IMG/VR virus record: IMGVR_UViG_3300023179_004149
Location: 62,001-126,000 of that record
Length of the DNA stretch: 64,000 nucleotides
Strand: one strand, 5' to 3'
Shown here: piece by piece, positions 44,204-53,687 of the stretch
Layout of the letters: the number at the start of each line of letters is the position of its first letter
Numbering within the stretch: position 1 is the first letter of the stretch
The notes under the pieces: generated by a model
What the model was told of the DNA's origin: nothing
The model's database searches: none
The model's input: the letters and a program-made list of their open reading frames with translations, nothing else
Program-made: the position numbers and the translations under genes

Positions 44204-44212
44204 TATAAATAG
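44204..44212 (-). promoter_or_regulatory. CTATTTATA phage promoter-like motif
   Basis: AAGACTATTTATAA is identical to the copy around 11616; 14 nt upstream of the ATG. Confidence 0.65.
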
Positions 44213-44222
44213 TCTTATTTTT

Positions 44223-47200
44223 TTATAAAGTACTTAAAACCCCACTGAATGAATTAAATAACGCATCACCTGGCCCAGGGTGTTTAGTTAATTTGGTTTT
44301 CTGACCAATTACAGTGAAACCCTTCGATTCATACAGTTTAATAAATGTATCAATTTGTCTTTCCCAGCTACTATCATTTACGGTGGTGGTACTTTTTAAA
44401 TTACCCCAACCATAGCTACCATTTAAAATGTAATATTTAGCATTAGGGTACTTTGTTTTTATTAAGGTTATTAATTGATCGGCATTCGTGTTGTTTACAG
44501 ACCATCCGTCATTTGAACCTATAGATAATACCACTTTAGAAACTTTAGCATCAACATTTGCTTTATTTAAAGCTGATATTAAATTAACTGTTGTCCAACC
44601 AGTCACACTTAATGTTGTTGGGTTGGTTATTTTAGATATATTTGAATATTGTTGACTAACAGCTAAAGAAATAGAATCCCCGATTGTAATCGATGTACTA
44701 CCAATGTTTGTTGTATCACTATCCCAATACAACGGGTCGCTAACGTCATTAAATTTGTTAGCATACAATTCAGCCGTTGTACTCCTTCTTAATACATTAG
44801 GATCCGTTAATTTGGATGTGTATATTGACCTATCTTTAACAGTGATTACGAAAGATTTATCATTTGTATCACCACAACCTTTACATATTTCAACTTTTTT
44901 AGCAAATAATAATGCGGCATCATACGGATTTAAATTAGTACTATTATCAACCCAATCACTAAAATTGAAAGTTTTATTATATAAAAAATCTAATTGATCC
45001 TGTACGGTTCGACCAATAATATCCAGTATTTTTTCTGGATTGAAGGTATTCCCATAAGATATACCATTCCACTGTATTAAACCAACGGATGGATATCCAT
45101 CCGTATCTTCATCGTTGGTTTTCGTTGGATTGAATAAGCCGATGGTTTCAACATACATATTACCCATTATACCAGCAACTTGAGATTTTGTTAAACCTTT
45201 AGACTTCAAATAGTTTTTAATTATTATCTGATTATTAATATTTTTACCGTTAATAGCATTGTATCTAAATTTCAATTCTCTATCTGTTGCACTTTTAGGT
45301 AATCCACTCGTATTAACTATGTCGAAATAAAGCGCATTATTGGTGGTTGTTGTACTAAAAAATGATAAAACATTAGTGTCCCCACTAAATGTACCAACAT
45401 ATGTAACTTTAGCCAGATCTAAAATAGTACTCACTAAATCACTGATCTTTATTTTTTTATCCTTACTAAAATCTTTACTACCATTAAAGACATCAAATAA
45501 TTTTTTACTACGTGGTAGACTAAGTGGTGTTTCATTATATTTTGAAAATCCACTTTGTATAAACATATTGCACAACGATAAATCTATTGAATTAACATTG
45601 ATTTTGCTATCTATACGATAGTTTACCTCAGTATCATTTGTTATCTCAGTATCTGAAACAATACCATATACCGTATCTTTTAAATTATCAATTTTTATTT
45701 CGGATTGATAAACCGTTGCTGAAGCAATTTTATCTAATAAAACAGATAAACCAGATTGTCTGGAATAACCACCTTCGTTACTTTTATAAAGTTGTGACAA
45801 AGAAGCATGAGTTTTATTAAATTTATCTTTATACCTATCATCTTTGACTCTTTCCATATTCATAATAGCAATACTAACCATACCATCCAATATCTTACGA
45901 TGATCATTTGTTGTTGAATTTATTACATATTTTGATGTATTATATAAGGTGGCGATTATTGCTTTATTTGTTATATTATTACCAGTCGATTTACTTAAAG
46001 AGTAAATATAGGTACCCAATATATCCTTACCGTCAAAATCTTGGTAGAACGTATCGTTAATAATTTTTTGTAAGTATTCACCATATGGTTTATTAGAACT
46101 TTCAATTTTAGTGATTGGCCCGTAAGTATCTTTAATACCAATGGTTTGTATCCTGTTAGCCACTGGGACAGCTTGTTCAATTTGCCCGATTACTTTTTTT
46201 AACTGTTCAAGTATTACACGTCTTCTATCATCTTTAGTCGCTATTGGTTGTCTAACACCTTTGAAGGTCGTATACATTGAATTGGTTGATATTTTATGTG
46301 AAACATTGGTGATCCAATAGGTGCCATAAAACAGCGGTACGTTTTTCAAATAAAAGTAACTCAAGGGTTGAATTGTTGCATTACCTAATCCAGAAACCTG
46401 GCAAGTATACATATACTTTTCATATATAGGGAATAAATTACTTGTTTTAACGGTATTTGTTCCAGCGGATTTATTACTGTTATTAATATAATCAGTCCAG
46501 TTTAATATAGCTGATTCGGTAAATGAAAACTGAGAACTATCCAGTTCAAGTGATGTAAACATTTGTTGGTTTTGTTTGCCAAAATCAACAATAAATGATG
46601 TTACATTAGAATCTTTTATTTCATTTGGTGCATTTTCAGCGTTAAGAGTGTAGTCTTTATTTTTATCATCAAACGATATATCCAAACAAAATGAGTTCAA
46701 ATAATATTTGGTTGCTTTTTGTTCGGGTTTTAATCTATTTAATTCAGATGGTGTATTACCAACCTGAAAAATATAACCTGGTAAACCAGATAACCCACCA
46801 TAATAAGTTCCTTTATTTTCACCAACTATATCCTCACCAAATAATTCAGTATCTGTATGTGTTCCGAACATTTGATCAACAACATTACTCATACCAAATG
46901 ATGTTGATTGTGCTATAACACTACTCATGTTTAAATAATTAGGTATCCTCAAGAAATTAAAACCACTACCAGCTGCAACGGTACTATATATCTTATCCAC
47001 AGCTGTTGATATAATGTTTGAGAATGGGTTATTACTCGATGCGTTGTTTAAATCCTTATTAACAATAATATACTCATTTGAAAAGTCAGTATATAAGGTA
47101 TTATATAATGCTGGTAAATCCGCTAATACTTCAGTTCCAATATCGTTATTACCCCTATCCAAAATTTGGAATATTTGGAATAAATCGTAACCCTTTTTAT

Positions 47201-50200
47201 TTTTTGATGGTTCACAATCTTTATCACCAAAACTAATGAGAGGGAATAAATTATAATCCTTTATGTTGCTGATTTGTAATTGATCTAATTTACTAATTCC
47301 TTGAATATCGGTAACAATTGAGTCTGTGGTATACTCAAGTTTATCATATATTTGCTTGAAGTTGTAATAAGTTGTCTTTTTAAAATCATCAAAATTATCA
47401 TCACGTAATTTATTCTTATATGAATTAGGATTTGATGGGTTAGATGCGTCTGCGTAATATGTGTTGATTGTGTTAATAAACGAAGACATACCCCCAAGAG
47501 TATTGTTAACTGTTTTTTTCACAAAATCAATAAAATATTTCTGCTTATCCGATTCTGAAATAGTATTAAGGAAATCAATATTTTTAATTGGTTGATTTAA
47601 TCTACTGTCATTCTGAGGGTCATTCATTGGTTTAAGATAAACCTGAGATAATTTTAAATATTCCTGATAGGGTTGAATTGCGTTACCAGGTAATAAAGCC
47701 TCATTAATATATAATGTTGGTGTTTTTTCGGTTTTAAATTCATTATTCGATTTATTACTAATTTGTACTAATGTAATATATACGTATGATCTAATTATTT
47801 TTAATAATATTTTATATGTTTTTTCGTCAAATTTAATATTTAATGATCTATAAAATTGAGTTACAATATTATAGTATAAGTTGTCGTAAAACTTGGAATC
47901 ATAAGGATTTTTATATAAAGCTGACCCATAGAATCTTGGGTCAGCACCCTCATCAACTACCTTGATGTATGAATTATTTTGTATATATTTTTTATTAAGA
48001 TTAATTAAATTATTCTTCTCATCTTGTGTTGGTTCTGTGAAGCTTTCTATGTATTGATCAGAAAAAAGTATTTTTCTCATCATATATTTAACTATATCAA
48101 ATTCACTAAGAGTATCATCTAAGTCCTTATATGATTTAATTAAAGTATCATAATCCGATTTGTCAGATAACATTATATCTGGATTAAACGGGAATAAATG
48201 AGGGGTGAATTGGAGGTTGTTGTGTTCTGTAGATCCGAGCGGTGAAAAATTAGCTATTGTTTTTTTCATGCCACAAAACCCTTTTATTGCGGCTTCCGTT
48301 TTATTTAATTGCGCAAGCGTCAAAGCACCATTCATAAATTTATTAATACCGTATTTAGCCACAAAGTCATAAAAATACATTGAGTTACCTATTAGTAATA
48401 AGTTTATTTCATCGGCTGTTAATGTATAACCATCATCATCATAATCTTCGATGTCATTATACGCAATAAGTGATGATGCCATCATTAACGTGCGAAGATT
48501 AAATGTACCACTTTGATCCCTGGTTGCAAATTTTAAAAATTCATCCTTAAACGCTTCCAATTTTTCAATATCCAATGAATCTAATAATTGATTAAACGCA
48601 AACTGATCACCAAATAATGGGCCGTCACCAGTAAAATATTTTTTATATGTATCATAATCATCTATATTAAAATAGTTTTTTGTAAAATAATCACCATTAT
48701 TCAACATCTCATCCATACCATTATCAGAATCATAATAAAACCCATCTGTTTCATTATAATCGGGTTTTAATGAATAATATGATAACGTGGGATCAAACCA
48801 AAAGAATCTGGTTGTACCTTTCAATATTGTTTCATTATTAAATGCGTATTTAGTTAAAAAATTAGAATCGTTAAACGAAGGACTAACTAAATATTTTGGC
48901 TTTGCTGGATTTACATTACTGTCGTCAATATAAGATTTATTTTCCTTAAATACTCTGTTAATGACATCAATAAATGATTTTTTTGATGTTTCAACGCTAT
49001 CAAATTTACCATCTTTAAATTTAAATAACATCAAATCATTACTATTACCAGACTGTTGGTAAAAATTATTACTGAACGCATTTAAGTAGTATCGATTAGC
49101 TTTTTTATTTACTATACCATCAAAACCATAAAATTTTTCAGCATCAGTTTGATTCTTTTGTATTAAATCAACATGATCTGTAATAAAAGTACTGTCGTAG
49201 CTATTACTTAAAACGTTTTTATTATCATACGTAAAGCGAATATCATCCAAATTCTGATCATTCGATTTGAATAATTCAAAAGGGTCGATAAACCCACCAG
49301 ACGATGGGTATAAACCATATACCGCCATTGAGTCGATAGTTTCGTGATTTTGGATCTTATTTAATCGTTCAAGTGACCATAACTCTTTAAAATAATTGGT
49401 TATGTTTGTAGCTATTTGATTAACAGCATCCTCAATACCGATAGCCGTGTTATCCTTAAGTTTGATGGATGTGTCAAACTGAAGTTTGGCGTACTCTTTG
49501 TTAAAATAATAATTCTCCATCAAATACAATAGATATGGGTACCTTTGATTTCCAAATACCCTTAAACTACATATTTTAGAAAAATATGATAATAGTTCTT
49601 CATCGGTGATTGCATCACTAAGATATAACGCCTTAATCTTGGCCAGGGTTATAAATGATTGGATCATCGATTTACGTCGATCCGTATTAATTATATTTAT
49701 GGCGGTAGTAAATTGTGAATATAAAAAATCTGGTGTATATTCTAAGTTATTTTTAGAATACCCACCAACCCAACTATTTCTATAGAAAGCCGTAAACTCC
49801 ATTATGTTAGAGTCAAATGTTTTTATTGGTTTACTTATACCGCAATGGCCACCAATTAATGAATGGGGTTTATTGTTATTATATTGGCTTTTTTCTACCT
49901 TACCATTCAAATAATCACCATAAATAAATTTATTATATTCATTTAAAAAATTATTCTGTATACCATACCCAACGGCTGGCATAATATTAGTTGTGTTTAA
50001 TGTGATACTGCTATTAATCTCCAGATCATTGTCATACCCAATCAAATAATCAAAAGAATATTGTTGTTCTTTAATTAATGATCTGTCAACAATACGTGTT
50101 GATGGATGATAAATGGTACCAAATAAACTATCTGTTATCGTTGTTAATAATACCGATTTTCGTGTAATAACCTTACCTTTATACATTTTAGGTGTTCTTA

Positions 50201-50705
50201 ACAACTCATTAGAATAATACAGATCTTTCGTAATTTCTGGTATATCGGTTGGTATTAGAATTTTATTAGTTCTATCAAACACAGTGGATTGATCCACTAC
50301 ATTTGTGGTATTATTATCAAAGTTATAAATACTAAACTTTTGTTCATTAAAATAGTGTAAACCACCCAGGTATAAAATAAAAGGATATGGTAGCTCGATT
50401 AGTTCTTGGTTTTTATTAAAAAGCTGATGTAGATTTTGTGTTGAAACTGAATATTCACCTTCTTTTAATAATTGTTGCATATATGTTTTAACAAACATAA
50501 AAGCAACTTCTGGCGAGTTCGTCCTACCGCCATCCATTGATATTACCAAAGTATCAGCAAATGACGTTGTATTTAGAATAGTCGGCCCTTTAAATAAATC
50601 ATTCTCAACCGAAATATTTGTATTATCGGGTTTATTTACTATGGCACTATTATAATCAATAGTATTATTTTTATTATAATATTTAACTAAATTATCTAAA
50701 TTCAT
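44223..50705 (-). CDS. giant baseplate hub-like protein with C-terminal phage-tail lysozyme and SGNH hydrolase domains
   Basis: gp27/VgrG-like YTCQVSGLGNATIQP...GTYWITNVSHKI. Lysozyme AGIMGNMYVE...GLIQWN...QLDFL. SGNH GDS...G...GSND...HP. Confidence 0.72.
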   Translation of the reverse strand: MNLDNLVKYYNKNNTIDYNSAIVNKPDNTNISVENDLFKGPTILNTTSFADTLVISMDGGRTNSPEVAFMFVKTYMQQLLKEGEYSVSTQNLHQLFNKNQELIELPYPFILYLGGLHYFNEQKFSIYNFDNNTTNVVDQSTVFDRTNKILIPTDIPEITKDLYYSNELLRTPKMYKGKVITRKSVLLTTITDSLFGTIYHPSTRIVDRSLIKEQQYSFDYLIGYDNDLEINSSITLNTTNIMPAVGYGIQNNFLNEYNKFIYGDYLNGKVEKSQYNNNKPHSLIGGHCGISKPIKTFDSNIMEFTAFYRNSWVGGYSKNNLEYTPDFLYSQFTTAINIINTDRRKSMIQSFITLAKIKALYLSDAITDEELLSYFSKICSLRVFGNQRYPYLLYLMENYYFNKEYAKLQFDTSIKLKDNTAIGIEDAVNQIATNITNYFKELWSLERLNKIQNHETIDSMAVYGLYPSSGGFIDPFELFKSNDQNLDDIRFTYDNKNVLSNSYDSTFITDHVDLIQKNQTDAEKFYGFDGIVNKKANRYYLNAFSNNFYQQSGNSNDLMLFKFKDGKFDSVETSKKSFIDVINRVFKENKSYIDDSNVNPAKPKYLVSPSFNDSNFLTKYAFNNETILKGTTRFFWFDPTLSYYSLKPDYNETDGFYYDSDNGMDEMLNNGDYFTKNYFNIDDYDTYKKYFTGDGPLFGDQFAFNQLLDSLDIEKLEAFKDEFLKFATRDQSGTFNLRTLMMASSLIAYNDIEDYDDDGYTLTADEINLLLIGNSMYFYDFVAKYGINKFMNGALTLAQLNKTEAAIKGFCGMKKTIANFSPLGSTEHNNLQFTPHLFPFNPDIMLSDKSDYDTLIKSYKDLDDTLSEFDIVKYMMRKILFSDQYIESFTEPTQDEKNNLINLNKKYIQNNSYIKVVDEGADPRFYGSALYKNPYDSKFYDNLYYNIVTQFYRSLNIKFDEKTYKILLKIIRSYVYITLVQISNKSNNEFKTEKTPTLYINEALLPGNAIQPYQEYLKLSQVYLKPMNDPQNDSRLNQPIKNIDFLNTISESDKQKYFIDFVKKTVNNTLGGMSSFINTINTYYADASNPSNPNSYKNKLRDDNFDDFKKTTYYNFKQIYDKLEYTTDSIVTDIQGISKLDQLQISNIKDYNLFPLISFGDKDCEPSKNKKGYDLFQIFQILDRGNNDIGTEVLADLPALYNTLYTDFSNEYIIVNKDLNNASSNNPFSNIISTAVDKIYSTVAAGSGFNFLRIPNYLNMSSVIAQSTSFGMSNVVDQMFGTHTDTELFGEDIVGENKGTYYGGLSGLPGYIFQVGNTPSELNRLKPEQKATKYYLNSFCLDISFDDKNKDYTLNAENAPNEIKDSNVTSFIVDFGKQNQQMFTSLELDSSQFSFTESAILNWTDYINNSNKSAGTNTVKTSNLFPIYEKYMYTCQVSGLGNATIQPLSYFYLKNVPLFYGTYWITNVSHKISTNSMYTTFKGVRQPIATKDDRRRVILEQLKKVIGQIEQAVPVANRIQTIGIKDTYGPITKIESSNKPYGEYLQKIINDTFYQDFDGKDILGTYIYSLSKSTGNNITNKAIIATLYNTSKYVINSTTNDHRKILDGMVSIAIMNMERVKDDRYKDKFNKTHASLSQLYKSNEGGYSRQSGLSVLLDKIASATVYQSEIKIDNLKDTVYGIVSDTEITNDTEVNYRIDSKINVNSIDLSLCNMFIQSGFSKYNETPLSLPRSKKLFDVFNGSKDFSKDKKIKISDLVSTILDLAKVTYVGTFSGDTNVLSFFSTTTTNNALYFDIVNTSGLPKSATDRELKFRYNAINGKNINNQIIIKNYLKSKGLTKSQVAGIMGNMYVETIGLFNPTKTNDEDTDGYPSVGLIQWNGISYGNTFNPEKILDIIGRTVQDQLDFLYNKTFNFSDWVDNSTNLNPYDAALLFAKKVEICKGCGDTNDKSFVITVKDRSIYTSKLTDPNVLRRSTTAELYANKFNDVSDPLYWDSDTTNIGSTSITIGDSISLAVSQQYSNISKITNPTTLSVTGWTTVNLISALNKANVDAKVSKVVLSIGSNDGWSVNNTNADQLITLIKTKYPNAKYYILNGSYGWGNLKSTTTVNDSSWERQIDTFIKLYESKGFTVIGQKTKLTKHPGPGDALFNSFSGVLSTL

Positions 50706-50707
50706 AA

Positions 50708-53377
50708 TTATATCTCTTTATATATGTCGAATACATTATTTATTGATTCAGCTTTATTCAATATAATATCGTCAGCGGTACTACTAAACGTCAGTGTATT
50801 AACTGTGGTATCATCAAATGAAACTTTAGCTGAGGTAAAGTTAGTATCAATTGCTATTGTATTTAATTTTTTATTAAGATCTTTAAGGAACCCCTGTATT
50901 AAATTAGCATCTTCACTTGAATTAAGTGAATTGTTAAATGGTTCTGGGTATTTATCGCTATAATAAATTTTGTTATATTTAAGATCTGGTATAATAGATG
51001 TTTTATTTTGTTTACCGTTTTCTAAAGCAATAGAATAGAGTTTAGGGGATGTGGTATTATATAACTTAGCGAATTTATTATTTGTTATTATAGCATTTTT
51101 TTTGTTAATAATTTCATCAAACTCTTTTTCACTAAATTTACTTTTATAGAGCTTTATCTCGTTTATAGTTTCTTTCTTATAAGTATCGGCATCATTTTTT
51201 TTAACATTGAAGAATGAATAACCAAATGATGTGAGGTTGTTTTGGAATTCATTTTTATCTGTGTATTTTTTTATAATTGAAGCCAGTAAATATTTTTGAT
51301 TAATACTGGTAATGGTGTTAATAACGTTATCGTCAATCAAACCAATTTCATAGTTAGCCATTGAGTTGGCATAATCACTTAAATTATTTGATCTGTAAAT
51401 AAAACCAGAATACATCAAATGCAATGTATATTTTTTAAATAACTCAAGCATAATATCATCCGCTTTTTTCTTATCCTCATATACACTCAAATCATCATAG
51501 TTAGAGTTACCTAAACAAAAAACCGATATAATACCAGTTTTTTTATTGCCGAAGAGATTATTCTGATCAGCACCGCCCATCTCTTTATGTAATCTACCTA
51601 TCGCATTATAAAATTCCTCCACAAATTGTACTTCAAACCAATCATCCGTTGCCGTATTTTTACCAGGGTATACCTGGACATTCATTTCAACATCCTCACC
51701 ATTTAAATTTCTTTTTTTGCTTTCATAATAATTGGGGAATGCTGAATATATTTTTGATTGATTTTTGTTTATAACAACAGTCGTATTTTTATCCTGAATT
51801 AATTGTCTTAAACCATCTTTCTCAATTTGGTTTATCGCCATCTCAGACACAATACGCATAAGTAACAGAAACGTTTGTATATTATTACTTATTATCCTAA
51901 CCACATTACTTAAATTTGGTTCGTATTTTAATGAATCTTTAATATTCTTTATCGTAATATCATAAGATTTATCCTCAATCTCTTTCAAAATATCATCCAA
52001 TAATAAATCAACCAGGGTTATGATATTGTTAAAATTATCTAAAAATAAACTATCACTATTTTTAAATTTAAAAATATCCTCAGTTAAAATATTATTTATA
52101 TCAGGTTTGGGTTGGTATGTTTTTACAGACCCATAAAATTTATTTATATTATTGGTGTAATTATTATACTGGGATAACGAGGTTATCTTTTTTAATTCAT
52201 TGTTAATATCGGATATACAATTAGCCGTTACCTGATCAAAAATACCGTTATCGGGTTTATCAATTATCTTATAAAGATATAACGAATTATTGCTATCTCT
52301 TTCTTTTGTATAAACTGTAGTATCGTTAAAATTAGCCCTGATCAATTCAACATTAGATTCAATAAAGTATTTTATCCTCAGTAAATTATTATTATCTTCT
52401 TCATTGTTGAGGTTGTCTGAATTATTAATTATTGAATCATATTGTATGCTTTGTAACGCCCTGGCTAAGTTAGTTAGCTTTGGAGCGCCCAATATTTCCA
52501 ATTTACTATATTTGTTAGAGTTTGAACCAAATTGATTAGCTAACTCTTTATTTTGGTTTTCGTATAATTTTTTAAGTATCTTATTACCTAAATAATCACC
52601 GTCTGAGGTTGCAAACATATATGGTGCCGCATAAGCATATATTATCAATATACTATTTAACAAAGAAAACACATCAGATTTGAAGTTACAGGTAATTGTA
52701 TAGTCACCAGTATTTGGATCAAATCGGTAATTTGATTGTATTAATACTAATTGTGTCTCAACCGTTTTACCATAATAACCCTTATATTTTAGAACAAATT
52801 TAGGATATGGGTAGGTGAAAAATATATTATATGGGTTATTTTCATCATTACCTCTTTCAAACAATGTTCTACCTTGAATATCAATAAATGTTATAGTCAT
52901 TGTTGGCTGAAAATCAGCATTTATGGCTATATCAATTGATGAAATACCGAATGTCTCTGGATCAACTATAAATGATTCACTTAATGGATTGTTAGTTATA
53001 TCGTTAGTAAAAAATTCACTCCACTGTGTCGTTAATTTATTTTTATACTGCGCTTTAGTGGTATTAGTTGCATTTTTTTGCAACGGGTTTAACATATTAA
53101 TTGTGATGAAATCATTATTAGGTAATATCGTTGTCTTCTCATTATCTTTAATAACACTATATTCTGGTTTTTTAAAAACCTTTAATTCAGCATATATTGT
53201 CAAGTCTTCCTGTTTGATATAACGGTCACTAACCACACCGTTTTCATCCATAACTTTATTCGGATCAATAACGATAGCACCCCTATCCGATTTTCTTTTA
53301 TCATCGGTGTTTATAACACGCTTCCATAATATATTTTCTATTAAACCCTTTTGCGGTTTTATAAATGTATTAGCCAT
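50708..53377 (-). CDS. probable baseplate hub N-terminal-type structural protein
   Basis: FGISSIDI...PTMTITFIDIQGRTLFE...PYPKFVLKYKGYYG resembles the first hub beta-barrel. Sits between the LysM-like and hub genes. Confidence 0.55.
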   Translation of the reverse strand: MANTFIKPQKGLIENILWKRVINTDDKRKSDRGAIVIDPNKVMDENGVVSDRYIKQEDLTIYAELKVFKKPEYSVIKDNEKTTILPNNDFITINMLNPLQKNATNTTKAQYKNKLTTQWSEFFTNDITNNPLSESFIVDPETFGISSIDIAINADFQPTMTITFIDIQGRTLFERGNDENNPYNIFFTYPYPKFVLKYKGYYGKTVETQLVLIQSNYRFDPNTGDYTITCNFKSDVFSLLNSILIIYAYAAPYMFATSDGDYLGNKILKKLYENQNKELANQFGSNSNKYSKLEILGAPKLTNLARALQSIQYDSIINNSDNLNNEEDNNNLLRIKYFIESNVELIRANFNDTTVYTKERDSNNSLYLYKIIDKPDNGIFDQVTANCISDINNELKKITSLSQYNNYTNNINKFYGSVKTYQPKPDINNILTEDIFKFKNSDSLFLDNFNNIITLVDLLLDDILKEIEDKSYDITIKNIKDSLKYEPNLSNVVRIISNNIQTFLLLMRIVSEMAINQIEKDGLRQLIQDKNTTVVINKNQSKIYSAFPNYYESKKRNLNGEDVEMNVQVYPGKNTATDDWFEVQFVEEFYNAIGRLHKEMGGADQNNLFGNKKTGIISVFCLGNSNYDDLSVYEDKKKADDIMLELFKKYTLHLMYSGFIYRSNNLSDYANSMANYEIGLIDDNVINTITSINQKYLLASIIKKYTDKNEFQNNLTSFGYSFFNVKKNDADTYKKETINEIKLYKSKFSEKEFDEIINKKNAIITNNKFAKLYNTTSPKLYSIALENGKQNKTSIIPDLKYNKIYYSDKYPEPFNNSLNSSEDANLIQGFLKDLNKKLNTIAIDTNFTSAKVSFDDTTVNTLTFSSTADDIILNKAESINNVFDIYKEI

Positions 53378-53687
53378 AATAATTTAAACGCTGCCTTAAT
53401 TTTCTTTCATATTCCCTCAAGGTATCCTCAAGCGGTAATGGTATTCTAACGGTTTGCCCATCGAGAATGTTCCATTCCTGTCCACCGAATTCTGGATTAA
53501 CCATCAGTATTAACCAACCGTAATAAGGTGAATCATAATAATTTTGACTCACCTTATCCAATCTGGTTTTATTTTTATCATATATAATAAAATCATCCGT
53601 TTCTTTCGGTGTTAATGCAACATAAGGCGGAGATATGATTTTATCATCCGTATTTAGTTTTCTGTAACGATTATAATACCCTCCCAT
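53370..53687 (-). CDS. LysM-like baseplate wedge protein (gp53 / tail X-like)
   Basis: RLDKVSQNYYDSPYYGWLILMVNP...GQTVRIP. Confidence 0.85.
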   Translation of the reverse strand: MGGYYNRYRKLNTDDKIISPPYVALTPKETDDFIIYDKNKTRLDKVSQNYYDSPYYGWLILMVNPEFGGQEWNILDGQTVRIPLPLEDTLREYERKLRQRLNYYG

